Under the pieces are notes generated by a model. That model was not told the DNA's origin. It ran no database searches and saw only the letters and a list, made by a program, of their open reading frames with translations. From contig JAQGDQ010000002.1 in NCBI GenBank assembly GCA_030141605.1, positions 2,914,001 through 2,978,000 on the forward strand: 64,000 nucleotides of DNA, written 5' to 3'. Below are positions 23,111-37,843 of this stretch, in pieces (within the stretch, counting starts at the first letter, position 1; each line of letters begins with the position of its first letter). The stretch comes from Tubiluchus corallicola (lineage: Eukaryota > Animalia > Priapulida). The position numbers were made by a program, and so were the translations under genes.

Positions 23111-25804
23111 CAGTTTAAATAATTCAGCCTGTCGTTTTGTCTAAAATTAGCCATTTTCGGCATTTCATCTATCCAAAATTAATCAAGCCACGTAGCAAAC
23201 TCAGTAAGTTAATATGGGTGTATAAAAACTCATTTTTGGTTGAGACTCGGCCCAAATCGTTGCTCTTCTAGGTGTTATTGTTCTTGTCGCTGGAGGAAGA
23301 CCTTTTGAAAAAGCCAAAGTTTTGTGAATTCGCAATGGATTGCCACGAGACTTCACACGAATATACTAGAGCGAATTCCGCATTCATTTACGATTTGCCA
23401 TCTTAAACTCAAGATTGGGTATTGACGTCATTTTTAATCCACGATTTTGAGTTAAGAGAATCCTCGACCAGTAATTCGAGCCGAATTTGTTACTGTTAGT
23501 AACATGATTTAGAGCATATGGCTTTAGATGAGAGACGTTCTTCTAGAAATAACCTTATTGCACGCAATTTCAACAAGCAAAAAACAACAGGCGGTTATAT
23601 ACAATACTTTAGAGAACATTATTATACAGCATCTTGTTAGAAACTGAACAGTGAGCATGAAGTTAATAAGCGAAGCTTTATTGAGCTCATTTATAATTTT
23701 ACGCGCCTGCGAGCTTCCGCAATTATGAGCAATAAATTAATTACGCAGCTTAATAAAAATCAAAAATGGGGAATTGTTTTTGAGATTTTCGCTGATTGAA
23801 GCGTAATTTGCATAATAACATGAAAAATTTATCTAGGATGCTTGCTAGCGTTTAATTAATTATTCACGTGAGAGCAATATTAAAGATAAAAACTGGCTAT
23901 TAAGTAGAATAATACAGCTTAATATACAAGAATTTAAAAATAGTTAAAATATCGTTGAAAATATCATTAACAAATGGTTAAAATAACAAATATTGGCGAT
24001 TGGACAAAATTTTAAGTTTACCAAACGGCAGATGTTTTTGAAAGGTCAAGAAATAAGGTTGACCAAAAACAGATTGAAGCAGACAATTTTGCAATCTGCT
24101 GCTATAAATATAAATACGTATCCCTAATTTGTAGAGCTTGATGGCAGTAACTTCTAAGTCTGACACGATGGACGTAATTTTGAGGCAAATTCGCTGCTGA
24201 TCAAGTCCTCACGCTTATTGTTGTTTTCTTATGGATACAATGATTTTGCGATGATTTTTTGATTTTGATTTACAACATATAGATAAATATACAATAGAAC
24301 AAACATTGCCTGTCTTTTTGGAAATCAGTGTGGCAGACGGAAAAAAGCACGTATAAATGAACTAATTACCTCAAACCTATTTGATTAATTTTCTCGTTTA
24401 CTTGAGAGTAAAGATCAGTCTACGCATCAGTCGCCTAGCCAACATTAGCTACGGGATTCGATAGTTCAATTTCAGGAGCGGGTTTAGGTACGATTTCAAT
24501 AAGTTCAGTGTAGGCTCCATATAGAATGTAGATAAAACAAGCTATAAGCAGGGTAGATTACAAGTTTTAATCAGCCTCAACCCTACCACCAGTCACCTTT
24601 CAAAGGCACTTCTCTATAATGCTGTTTGATTACTGTTGTGATGTCGTATATAACTACCGTTATTTAATGTTGTATGTAATGTGGACGATTTGTATGGGGT
24701 TAAAATTTGCTAAAAATAATGCAGGAATGTCAAGTTATACAATGTGTAACCTTAAACAATGGAAGCTATAAGATGCTTAAGTAAACTAAAAGTTTTTCAG
24801 GTGGCAGCTTAGGGTGTTTAAATTGACCACTATGGATGGCATTTTCGAAGATAGCATTTGCTGACAGTTGGCCGAGTTAAGCGTGCTTAGGTGAACCTTT
24901 CTTCGAGATTACCACTTTGCAATCATCACAACTTATTACCCGAAATGGCAGCTCCTTCACGTTTAGCAGCTCTTTCCACACTTCTAGTCTCTTTCTCTAC
25001 TTATTGACTGGCACTCAATGAACGAAGAATCACTCGGCTGATTCAATCTGCTAAATTGGAAACGAAATTTGCCAATCTGCGCTGGCTGACTGCGGCCTGC
25101 ATGTGCAGTAGAAACAGTTTAAGTAAAGGCGACAAGGAACTCCCGAAATGTGTAACTAAATGTTTAGCGCTATGCTTGGCCGAAAAGATTTCACCTGAAA
25201 AGAACACACTTGCAAGTGAGGTACAATAATTTCAAACATAAGTCTCATTATAGGACCAAGTTACCTCTGTCATTATTCGTTCGGCAAATTCCTCGAAAAA
25301 ACTCCTCGTAGTTGAAAGTCACAACTACAGTAATTAAGTAATTTTGGGTTTGTCTGCACCAGTTAGTTCGGAATTTAGCTGGTGATTATGCGATAAATAT
25401 ATTTTTTATTTTAGAAACACACTTCAAAGTACTGTGATTTCGTATGTCGTCTACTGTAAAATCATTTCTGGAATATACCATTTTTCTATTTTAGTACTTT
25501 TTAAGTTTTCCAACTTTTTCCTACCATATAACATATTTCCTAACTTGTTTTTTGTTCAGGAATTCATTAGTACAGCTTTCTCAAATTAGGTCCAGCGTTT
25601 TAATATTGATGCTAGATTGTTTAACAGATTTTTCTGCGGTCGGCGTCGGTTTAGTGCTTCCAAATGAGTGAAGTTACAAGAATTCGCTACTCAACGATTA
25701 CCAGATCTACATTTACTAGACGTATATGTACTTTCTCTGTAATATGGAAGGTATACGTGCAGGATTTTATTGTTTGCACCACTAACATTTCTACAATTTT
25801 ATCT

Positions 25805-26359
25805 TTAAAGTACAAGAAAAAACTCTGCCTAAATAAAGCTTATTATAATATAATATATTGTGTAACATATTATATAATATATAATACATTATATATATAA
25901 TATATAATATAATATATATCATTTACGTGCTGTTTTATTGCATATTACATACGAGGCTTATGTAAGCAGTAACACTGTGCAAAACTTGAAAATTTAAACT
26001 TCCGCGATGACATTCAGGCTCGGCCATTTTAATGGTATATAGAAACTTGTTTGAAAGAAGTTTAGATAACATTACATAGAGTTTGAAAAAATAATTTAGA
26101 CATTCGTAGCACACTCTTCGCTAATTAAGCAAAAGTTTAAAGTACTTTATATTATCATTAAGATCAATATGTTTTTGGTGAATCAATGGTGCATACAAGG
26201 ATGGCTATGAAGTGCCGTTTTACAAAGTGGCGCGAATATGTTAAATTATTAAGAATTTTCTCTTACAAGTCTTTCAACACGTCAGCGTAATGTTAAGTAA
26301 TATAACTTTGTATGGGAAGTTCTTGGGATATACTTCAAAATTCCCTTTTTCCCATTTAA
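25805..26359 (+). mobile_element. Kolobok-like non-autonomous DNA transposon, copy 1, with internal (TATAA)n expansion at 25841-25919
   Basis: TTAA|AG... start and TTAA end; collinear similarity to 37312-37843 (AAAACTTG.AAATTTAAACT, GGCCATTTTAA.GGTA, AAATTATTAAGAATTTTCT, ATATAACTTTGTATGG.AAGTT). Confidence 0.7.
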
Positions 26360-28889
26360 ACATTTCTGCCATGAGTGACAACTAGTTCAGGTTTTTCTAG
26401 CTTACAGAAAACAAAGTGCTCCCCTTGCCTTCATCACTAAATAGGTGCTAGTTTTAATTTTAAGATGGATGGAGATGTTTGAATGGATTTCGTAGTAAAG
26501 AAGTTCAGAGTTCAAAATATGAATCGTTTTGGTCCTTCACGTTCGTAATATCTGCATTTTAACAATGTCTAAGTATCTAAGATTCACAAAAAAACTTCTC
26601 TGACTTTTAACATATAACAAGTCTTTCTATGCCAATAAACAAGCATTGTGCATTACATAAAGAGCGGCTCAAAACGATACAATCAATCCATCAACGCAAC
26701 AGTTAATGAAATTAGTGCAAACGAATTTATCTGTTAGGTTAAATACATTTCCAAACATCGCCTGCAAGCGACATAACTCAATTTAATACAATTGGCTGCA
26801 CGCTTGAATCTCATGGCCTGTATGGCTTCTAGGCATTGGTATGCAGGAGACGTAAAATTAAGTGGCTTTCCGGGGTGCCTAGAACGGCGAGTGCTGGGAT
26901 AAAGAAGCGACTTCGGATGGAGGATGGAAAAGAATGCCCGCCATACAGCGATGGTCACAGACGCAGCTACATATTATATTAAATTAAAAACACTGGGTGA
27001 CTTCAACAGCCCACGATGGTGGAGTGATTGTCTTTCATTGTTGCCTTGGTTACTAGGCGCCTAGAGGCTGAGCAAATCCTGCCACACAATGGGGTAATTT
27101 CTTGCACTGTATGATCATCAGCTTAATGGCTTCTTTCGTTATTCTCCATTCGATCTTCATTTAGTAAAGCTTATTAGGTATTAGCCGCTTCTACATCTCC
27201 TCCCTTAATTGGTTCCCACGAGGGCAGACCGCTTTAACGCCATTATAAAAGGTTTCAAATCCGCATTTGACTACACTTATTGGCATTACTATTATATGGC
27301 TGTCTTGCATATCTTCCACATTACAGTGAAATAAATGCAGGAGCAGGCTGCCACGTATTAGGGTGCCGCAGAGCAAAACAGAGTCTCGAATCACTTTTGG
27401 TTACTGCCAGTCTTGTTAGCCGTGTTTTTCACAACAGTAGTACAAGCCTTATAAAGTGGTGAGGAGTTAAGGATGCTATTGAATTAGGCTCCAAAAAGTC
27501 GCAAACGCATTGTAAACGTTTACATTATTTCTGTTTTTTTAATTACTCATTTCAATTTTTTTAATGCATTTGATCTGAATCATCCACACACACACTACTA
27601 ATTTTACGCGATATTTCGGTAAAGGTAGTTCCGAATTTCGAAACTTAGGATCACCTCGTCTTACACTGTCATTATACATTATTAGTGAAGTCTCATTGTT
27701 GACATGTTCATAGGGGAGCCAATGTCACCATTTAACCCATTGTTTCAACGCCTTTAAACCAGCAAAATACTGGTCGACAGCGCTTCGGTCTTTGCTAGGC
27801 ATAGCTGAGATGACAAAAAAACTTCTTTGCTTTGGGAGTTTGAATTCTTTCTCTATTCTTGTGGATTTGTGGACCTATTGCAGTTTTGGTCTTTGTGCAA
27901 AACTGCGCACTTTCGCAATAACGCTAGGGAATCAATCGTATTGCATGGAAACGCAATTTCCTCGGGATGTCTGAGTCACAAATGATCACATCATTAATTT
28001 TATTTTGTTGTACTTAATTTTCTTTGCAATTTAACTGAGGAAATCTCTAGCTACAGTTGATATTAATCTCAGTTTGTCAATGGCAACTGACTATTTATCT
28101 TAGTTTACACTGCAAAACGGCTCAAGTGAGACACCAAGAAATGAGGGGGGGGTTATATTATGAGGGCCTTATCAATCTAAATTATAGAACGAACATAATT
28201 TAAATGGTTAACAAAATTTAACACAAAACATTTTGCTAAATAGGTCTATTAAAATATTAAATTAAACTAGACGAATTATATTTGGTTAGAGATTAGAACT
28301 GTCAGAACTGAGTCATAACTACCGATAATGAAGCCACGCAAGATATACAGCTGCCTTTAAATGAAACCATTTCAAGCCGCACTATAAGCTGTGTTGGTAA
28401 TTAGCGAGAAGTGTTATAGCACGACTGCTTCATTACTGGCAGCGAGTTCACCTCTAACGCAGAGAAACGAAGCTGTGAGACAGACTATGGTGTACACAAA
28501 GCAGATGTGACCAGATGTGCAAAGTGGGGTATACACCAAACATGGACTTTTGCACCGAGCACCATTTTTTACGTCTGTCATCTGTTTACAAAGGAAACAA
28601 CAGACATGTGCAATGAAATTTATACCCTGTACGGCCTTGCTAACCTGGATAAGGGAAATGGTAAACACAAACCAGTGTTTGCTGGACGGGACAAGAAAGA
28701 ATGTTAAAACACAGACAAAGGCTACGTCAGAAGCAGGATTGTTAAATTATCATGTATAACATTCGCTTTTTACACCGTCTCAATACTGAAATGCATTTGA
28801 GCATAATAGCCACATCTGTGTCATCTGAGCTTTCATAACGTGTTTACAAGACACTTTGCACAAAATGAAAAGAAATGAAATTAAGCTTC

Positions 28890-29055
28890 ATGAAAGGTCA
28901 CACTACCGTGACACCCACTCTGATCTGGTCCACTGACTTTTTGAACCCACAATTAAGGCCTGTCTGGAAATTCCAAGATAGCTGAAGTTTACCTATACCA
29001 AGTTTAAATCAAGCAATATAAAGCAAAACAAGGTGATACTTATAAACCGAAATTA
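28890..29055 (+). repeat. Degenerate HINE/Helentron-type repeat unit
   Basis: TGACTTTTTGAACCCACAATT...TATACCAAGTTT.AATCAAG... resembles the TGACCTTTGAACCC...TACCAAGTTT unit common in marine invertebrate repeats (recognised from memory). Confidence 0.3.
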
Positions 29056-31362
29056 TCAAACGACTTGGTATGTCAGTAAACCCAAATTACTAAACAGCTT
29101 GGAATATCAGTAATAGTAATGCGCAAACAAAACGTCTCAGATTTTCAGAAACATTCAATGATGTTCTATAATAATTATACCACTTTTTAGGTGCATATAT
29201 TTGAACAAAAACATTAGTTGGCACGTGCTAGCAAAAGATTTCAAAAGCTACTACAGATTTCAAAGCGCAGACAAATATTTTCAAATATCCGAAAAATTTG
29301 TTTAGTTAAAGTTTCTTAGCAAAATATCTGAGGTTATTGCACCAAAAACAACACAAATTATGCGTGCAAGACTGTTCAGAAAGCGAAAGATTATTTCGGC
29401 ACGTCATTTTCATATTTTTTTACTTTTCCTTCTTTTCGCGAAAACGAAAGAAGGAACAATTTGCTACGAATTTTATGAATAATAAACATGTGAAGCTTAG
29501 AAGTTACAAAATGCTACCAGAATAATATAAGTTTCGCTTGAGCAGAAATTACAAAATTAAGCAAAAAAGCTTCTTGGCCTGAAGAATATTTCGAAACGAC
29601 CCACAACACGTGTGGCTTTTTCCAAAATTGAAAGTACAAGCATAAAATTGTGAGCATGTATTACATTGTTCACCGTTATCACAACCACCCTCCCCTTTCG
29701 TGGACCCCTTATCATCCCGCACTGGCCATTCACAACCGTATTGGTCCGCCAAACTGTGTTTATTCGGCTCTGTAAAACACTTGTTCAACTGGAAGCCTTT
29801 AAATGCAGTTAATGTTTTTCTATCCTTCTCTAGTCAAGGGTCAAGGGTGGTCTCAAAATGTGCTTTGCGTGACGGTATAGTTGCTGATACGATAGACACA
29901 AGAATGCACAAATCAACAAGCACACCGTAAAGCGCTCATTGTTTTCGACCGGTTTCTAATGTCAGTTATCAGACAGTGAAAATTTTAATGACCATAGCAC
30001 AAAAGATTACCATTTAAGTTCACATAAATGTCAAACTTGGATTTTAAATGTATCGCCTCTTAACAAAACGTACTTAAAATATTCTTCAATTAAGAAAAGG
30101 AATTTTAATGTACTCAGAAAATACTTTTAGCTGGCTTAAGAAGAAATAATAATAATTCAATTTCAAATAATTAAGTGACATTTATGAAAGATCGCTTTTG
30201 AATTACATAATTCGAATTTTGTTATTGTCGTGGTTTCATCATACCCTAATAATCCGCAAAAAACTCGTGAATTTTTTCAATTACGCGTATAGCGCAAAAA
30301 CAAACAATTTACAGTCACAAAATATTTTAACACGTCAAAACAATACAAGCAGTTCTAACAACATAAGAAAATTATTCCTATCAACAAGAATTGGAACCTT
30401 TTGTATTTTCTATTTGCGATTTTTTCCGTGAACCGCATATTTGTATTTAGAGATTTTTTGTGTTTTCTTTTTTCTCTTCCATCCGAAAATAGCACATGAA
30501 ACGTTGTCTTTCAATTTCTCAATTGTGATATTTTTCATTGAATCTTATTTGCAGAATCTTAAGCAGAACCGAGCCACTTTGGTGCTATAATCCAAGATTT
30601 TGTTTCAGTTCCGCATCACTTTTATTGATGGATACATAAATTCGACAATCCAGAAATCCCCGAGACCTTTTTGTCATTCCAAAGCCAAGTAGTCCGTTCG
30701 GGGGCATTTAGACTTTCTGTCACTGTTGCACTGTCAATTTCTTTTGAACCAGAATTGCTAACTTTAACAACAAGCTAAGTAAATAACAACAATGAGTGTG
30801 CTTACAGGAATAATGAGCTAAGGAGTCAAAAAGTTGAAACGTTAGAAAGGACTTTCATTGGACTGAAAACAATGCATAGAATAATTAATAAATCAGTAAT
30901 CAATTTCTTAGTTAGACTAATGCAAGATTTGAAGACGAATAAAAAACTACTAATGGGATACCAAGCTAAGAAAGCAAGGAGTTAAAGAAGCACAAAGCAT
31001 AGTCTTCTTTGTTATGTTGGCGGTTAGCTTTAGCATGCAGTAAAACACTGAAAAGCTGTAAAAAGTGGCGCCAGTTCCATGAAGTGTATCTTCTCACATG
31101 TTCCAGCGGTACACTGGATCAAATCTCTAAACATATCCTGTTTTTAAACAGCTGTGAACAGATAAACGACAATTTACTACAAAATAAGATTCTTCAAACC
31201 CACAGGACCCATGTGGGTTTGAAAATTTGGCAGCCATGTCACTCTAAAAGAAAAACTGTCAGAATACATCAATAAAATACTCAAATGTTTAATAAATATA
31301 AAATTTGAATATGGTAGAGTTGCAATGTGGTGAGATTTTGGGTAAACTCAAACGTAAGGACT

Positions 31363-31437
31363 GACGATGATTATTATGATGATGACAATGATGATGATGA
31401 TGTTGACGACAAAGACAACAACAACAATAATAATAAT
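31363..31437. repeat. Compound (GAT/GAC)n(AAC)n(AAT)n trinucleotide repeat
   Basis: Directly visible. Confidence 0.9.
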
Positions 31438-34109
31438 TTTAGCGTGATTAAATTTAGCACTTTTGCAGTTTGCAGTGATGAGCAAACCAAATGGATCAAC
31501 AAAAAGTGTTGCATTTTGATTAGACTGCTTCCAGTTTTTCTGCTCAGTCGATCAATGAGAAGAAACCCGATTATGGGTGAGAGAATCGACAGAAAAATGT
31601 TTAGAACGCATCAGAATCAAATCCATCATCATACAGTCCGATTGCACAAACAGGATATACTGCATCAAAAAGTCGAATCACTTGTCCATATATTGCGATC
31701 TGGTCCTAACGTGATCTGACATACGAAGCAGGTCATGCGTGGATTTTGGATTTTCTTCCTTGTCTATTTATTTCATTCGTTTTATTTTCCTACACATTTA
31801 CAATGGCGTACAATCAAGTAGCATTGAAAACAGAAATAAAGTTCAGAGAAAATATGCTACAAAAACCTTTAAGAAAGCAACGTACCTCGAAATGAAAATT
31901 TACATTTGCTTGAAATGAGTGAAAATTACGTGACATTTATTGAAACTTTTGTTTTAATCATTTCACTGTTATCTTGTTTCTTTGGAAAACAACAACTACT
32001 ATTACTTGTTTCTTTGGAAAATGCTCATTTAACTATACCACATTAGTCAGAATCAGTGCGAACACAAGAGCACACCTTTTACATATTGACCTGAGGGTGA
32101 AGCTGATTTATTTATTCACCAACCGATATTCACATTGTGGCATTATCGGCTCTCATGCAAAGAGCTTTTTAATCTTTTATGAACAGAATGGAAGATATTG
32201 CACTGGAATTATAAAATCGAATTGTTTGCGTGGTGTGACGTTAGCTGCTGACTCCCATCGGTCGACATAAGAGCATTTCTCGCTTTTTGGAGAAGTAGAT
32301 AATGCGAAGACAAAGTAAAGTCTCACTTCTCAGGGGAGAGATAAGCTGCTTTTCTCGCAATGCAGTTGCCAAACAGCTCGGCTTCAGTCACGTGACTATA
32401 TATTAGCACTACAATGAACAGGCTTTTCTACCCGTATAGATTAAGTTTCCAAAGCAGTTGGTTTATTTTATTGATTTTGTCGCAGTAAATACGGCAGGTG
32501 CAACTTTGGGAAAGTTTATAATATTGCAAAAACAGTTGTGTGATGCAATTGTAAAGACATTATTACATATGGCCTTAAAAACAGTAATAGACTAGCCACT
32601 TTACTAGATTATGACAATTAAAAAATTTTAGAGTTTGCCGCTATAACTAAGATACTTAGGAAAATGAATTACAGCAAAGGATCACTGAAAACACAACACA
32701 TAACACTTCAGGTGACTGATAACGGCCCCCCTTACTTAACTTATCGAGAAGTTATATTTGTCAAGAAGTCTTGTTATGAGCTGGGTGACCATGTCGTTTT
32801 TCTTGCTAGAAAGATTAGTAACTAACTAAACAAATAATGTTCACTACAGTAGTAGATACAACAACCTTAACACCCCGGAATATGTAGATTTCACAGAAAT
32901 AGCATCACTCGCTTAGTATTCTTGATCCCAGTGTTGCTTCTCACAGTCAAAGCTTTGCCTTCAAAATTGTCTGCTACCGAATTCCGCCCAGTATACGGAA
33001 GACGTAGCATAAGCGTTAAGAAAGGGTATTCATAGCATAATTTGTTGTTCGGGCGGTATAATCGCCTGTCGGGCTGTCAATCGCAAACTGTAATTATCTA
33101 GGATAAGAAGAACGTCTTCTTTGTGTTTTCCCCCACTTTAAATTTTACCACAAATTATTGCAGACGACAGGTAGGCACATAATAAGCAATCACAGCCACC
33201 ACGTAGGCGATATTAAAATAGTCAAATTTCTTCTTGAGGCTCCTACATTAGGTTCTCATGGGAATAATTTCGGTCGCAGAAATTTTGAAAGAAAAACTAT
33301 TCACAAAAGGTCTTAAGTAGCAAATTGAATCAGTACACGTCATGCGTGTGAATGATATCGTTCTCAATGTTCGCAACACGCCACAAATAACATACAAATC
33401 ATAAAGTTGTAATTCGTGAGTACATTATGAGCAAATAGCGAAGCAAGTTACCCAAAATAGGTTGCTTTTGACACGTGTGCAAACTCAAGTGGTAGCAGCG
33501 TCCTATAAAGGGTCAAAGACACAGTGTACACGATTTTTAATGTTTTTTACCATTAAAACAATGCGCTAAAATATGCACGCAATTTACTTAACATATAAAC
33601 AAATACATGGGATTAAAAAATTAAACGTGAAAATATTCTGAATTTAGCCCCACCAAAGCACTATCGCATTTGCTTTTGTCGGGGACGTGCAACCCTTCTT
33701 CACTAATAAGCTTTCGAAGCTTCAGATCGCAAGAACACACACGTATCATCTTCCCACTCTAGCCAATTCCACGGCATTTTATAGGATTCCATGTCTGTTG
33801 CGCCGAGATAATTCAGTTTGCTTCATGTAAAGTATACGTACAAGAATATAATAAGATTGAAAGTCTGAAACGAAACGAATATACATATTTGCAAATCGTA
33901 TAAGGCACCCATAATAGAAATTTAACCCTTTAACTGTATCTGTCACGAAAATTTACACCTAAAGGTTAGAATTTTGATACGTAAAATCATAACTATCGTC
34001 TTTACTCCTAATTCAGTGTAAATAATTATAAGTTTAACTTGCCTATATTATGAAATTACCAAATTACTGAGCATTTGACCCGCCGTTTGCATTTCTTAAT
34101 GCATTTAAT

Positions 34110-34900
34110 GTACCATTACTAGTCGGAGGAATGTTTGCCAAGTGAAAATGTTTTAAATTTAGGAGTTGTGTTTGATGAAAACATGACCATGAAGGACCAT
34201 GACCATAACATAATTACGTAAAAGATCACATTTTCTGTTAAAACTTATCAGGCAAATTAGAAAGTATCTTGCTGCCAGTGCAGTTCACTCTTTTGCGTCT
34301 TTTAATCTTGACTATTGTAACTCATTGTCGCAAAGTCGTGTTAAGCAAGCTGTTACTAAACTACAGACTGTTAAAAATTGTGCAGCAAGAGTAATTACTC
34401 TCTCTAATAAGTACGATCTTTTAATTTCTTTCTCCTGGTCACCAGTAACTCATAGGATACAATTCAAAACTGCTATACTAACCTTTAAGTGTCTTCATGG
34501 TTAAGCATCTATAGCTACTTAAGCGAACAACTTCAGGAATAAACCAGTTCATACATCAAGATCATCTAATCAACATTATCTGCAAGTTCCCCGGATAAAA
34601 ACCAAGACTTTATGCACTAGGATTTTTCACATGCTTCACAAACTGAATGGATTAATCCGTCATTAAAGGTTAAACTGTGTAAAGATTTAACTACGTTTAA
34701 AAAGGCTCTGAAAACCCATTTGTTTGCGAACGCTTTTAAATTAGAGTCATAGATGTTCTTAAATTATGATATTATACCGATTTTTTATGAATATAGTTTC
34801 CAATTAGTTCTCTGTATCTTTTAGCTTGTGTGACCACTAAACACTTACGTATTTTAGATTACGTTGTACGGTGCAACTGAAAAACATTCCATAACTATAA
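34110..34900 (+). mobile_element. 5'-truncated, decayed L2-clade LINE (RT C-terminus plus 3' UTR)
   Basis: Broken frames give NLGVVFDENMTMKDH, IRQIRKYL, LDYCNSL, KLQTVKNCAARVIT, PVTHRIQFKTAILTFKCLHG, RSS..LQVPRIKTK and FKKALKTHLF, the typical L2 ORF2 tail, with several stops and frameshifts. Confidence 0.88.
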
Positions 34901-37311
34901 TTTTCATTGGGCTGCTTTGTTATCCGGAATTCTTTTAATGGAGCCTATAGCAAGCTTTAATGAAGCCAGTCTCTCAGACAATGATTTCTCGGATAATGAT
35001 GTCACAATCGATGCAACAGCAATCAACGTCAGGCAGAAGCAACCAGATACTTATCATATTCTCGTCCATTTTACCGGATCGAGAAAAATCGTCCATCAGA
35101 CGACGGATTGCCGCAATCAACCCCGTATTATATTTTCCCGTACGAATGCGGACAAGTTGCAGGATCGCAGCTATTTTATTACAGGGGTGGGCTGCAAAAA
35201 GAAGCAAATTTACTGTTAATAATTACACATGAATGTAAGACTGCTATACATAAGAAACGCTACAGGAAAGTTAAGGAAACAAAAACCCTTTCTCGACGTT
35301 TTTAAGGTAGCACATTATACAAGAAACACTTTATTACAGTATTCGATAAGCGGTCTATAAAACTTATCTTCTCACTACTTTAAGTAGGTGACTTAGGTGT
35401 GAACAAGGTCAATTTAACTGCCATCGTTAATACAAAAATGAGTTACCTTTACAATATATAACATATAGGAAACTATGACACTTGACATTTTATGGTAAGA
35501 GAACTAAACATATGAACTGTATCTAAAAATATATGCGTATCTCGCCAAGTTGATTAAGTAAAAATTTTAATATTAAACTATAGTTAACAAGTTTTTAAAT
35601 GAATTGCATTAGTATGGTCCAGTTTCTTAATAACCACACTTAGTTACTTTTAGTGAGAACATTCAAAATTATTCAACAATGCAACGAACATTGGTGAACT
35701 CACAAATACTAAGTGCAGAACCCCCAAATGTCCAATTTAATCGTTTCCAATTATTATTTTGAAAATACGGATGTGAATGAAATATTCGTTAAAGGAGGCC
35801 CGTTTCTTCAGTTTTGTAAAACACATTTACAAAGCTATATGCGCAGACCATTAGTGAGACTGCAACAGTTATTACAGCAGCCATCTCAGCAATTTCATGT
35901 TTTTGCGAACAACAAAAAGCTTTTGGACGCGTCCATAAATTGCTTCCTTGCCACGCTGACAGAACTACACGGCAGTTACAATAATCATTGTCTTTACACA
36001 CGCGTGACAGCACTACCACACCCCTTCATACGAATGAACGTGATTCAATACCGAGCTAGGAAGCCATGAAAAGGTTTTGTTTGCTGTTATTTCAGAACCA
36101 GATCGAGTTTCTCTGGTAACTTGTTTGTGGTTAAACAGTGATGATGGACGAGAGACAAGCTGATTGCAGCAAGGCTCAAGACAAACACATTCATTCCACG
36201 ATATGCTGATCATGTTTCACGCTCTAGCTATCGAAAGAAGCCCGTTGATGCACACTGTGTGTATCAATGCATATTACTCATCATTGCAAAATATATGCGT
36301 TACAAATGAACAAAATATTTAAAAGAGCTGCTAACGAATCCACGACGATGGCGAATTGACAGACTGTAAACCAAGATGTGTTTTGAACCAAGACATAGTG
36401 CGTAAGCCGCACTTCTCTGTCAATTTGCCAAATAAGCTTTCCACTAGTTAAATAATTAGATAAATAATTGTTAGTATTTTCAGCAGAGGCGGATATCTTG
36501 GCTCATCTGAGAGAGCTGCTGAGTTGGTCTTCCGATTTTTATTTTTATTCTCGTCTGACTTTTTATTCCGATAACACAATTACGTAATCAATCAACGCCT
36601 CCTAGGCATTTACAAACAGATGGGCGAAACTAATTAATACATGTAGATAATTAGTTGTTAACCATTAATAATAGATAGTAACTGTCGCAACCCATAAATT
36701 AATAAATACCACCGAGAAAATGCAGAGATCTGCATAAGCTAGCCAGCACATTCATTAGTTGGAAATGCCTATTCATTATTTTTCGTTAGTGGCCGGCAGA
36801 AATAAGCTCTTTAAGCAAGACAATGCGTGAAGTGTTTGCGCATTAACGATCGATGGTGGCTATGATATTTGTCATAAGATACATGTGGGGATTTCATATA
36901 AGATAAACCGTAATATATGTACACCAACTCTTCTTTTAATCGTTACCATATAAGACGGCAATAATTACTCTGAATAATTAGTGCTAACTTTATTATAGTT
37001 CGTCCGTGCAAAAAATAAAAAACAAATTTATATATGCCTTTATAATTTCACTTTGGCGACTTCTAAATAAACTACAAATAAGTCAACAATGGTCGTTAAA
37101 AGCTGTGCTTTATACCCAACAAGTTTTCGTTGCAACTCTGCTTCCACCTAGTCTATCTATTCATTTACAGAAATGGAATGTGGTCATTGGTTGTTCTCGT
37201 TACCACAGACGGTCAGAAATTATGCTCTTGGCCGCTTCCGGTCTTTCAAATAAAGCCATTCCGCAAAGGCTGCTAAGTGTTCTATATGCTAGTTATGTGC
37301 CAAAGCAATAA

Positions 37312-37843
37312 TTAAAGGACAAGGAATCATTTTTCATAAATAAATCTCAAAAATTTCATTTTGAAATTTTGTATCACCTACATGCTGCATTTGCGCGCAG
37401 AACTTGTATTAGCAGCAACGCTGTACAAAACTTGCAAATTTAAACTCACCACAGGGCCGTTGTGTGTGGCCATTTTAACGGTAATGCTTTTGAAATAAGT
37501 TTAGATACCATTGCGTAAAAATAGAAAAGATAATTTGAGCATTTGGAAAAATAAGCACACATTTCACTAACTACTTTACGCTGTCAGTAATATCAATAAT
37601 GTGGTTTTTTTTGGTGAGCCAGTAGCGCACATTGAGATGGTAATACACTGTCGTTTTACCAGTTGGCGGAATATTTGAAATTATTAAGAATTTTCTATTC
37701 CAATTACGTTAGTCTTTCAAACAGGTAAATGTAATCAGAGAATTAAGCGCAGCAGATATTACATTCTCTGGCGTAATGTATATATAACTTTGTATGGAAA
37801 GTTTTTTGGGACGTACTTTAAAATTCCTTTTCCTCCCTATTAA
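37312..37843 (+). mobile_element. Kolobok-like non-autonomous DNA transposon, copy 2
   Basis: TTAA|AGGACAAGGAAT... at left and ...ATTCCTTTTCCTCCCTA|TTAA at right (degenerate TIR); same family as 25805-26359. Confidence 0.7.

Noticed and set aside
24634-25327. Possible solo LTR (TGTTGTGA...TCACAACT; shares AGTTGGC(C)GAGTTAAGCG with the 3' LTR)
   Set aside because: Right end is not CA, there is no target-site duplication, and the similarity is too short to support the call.
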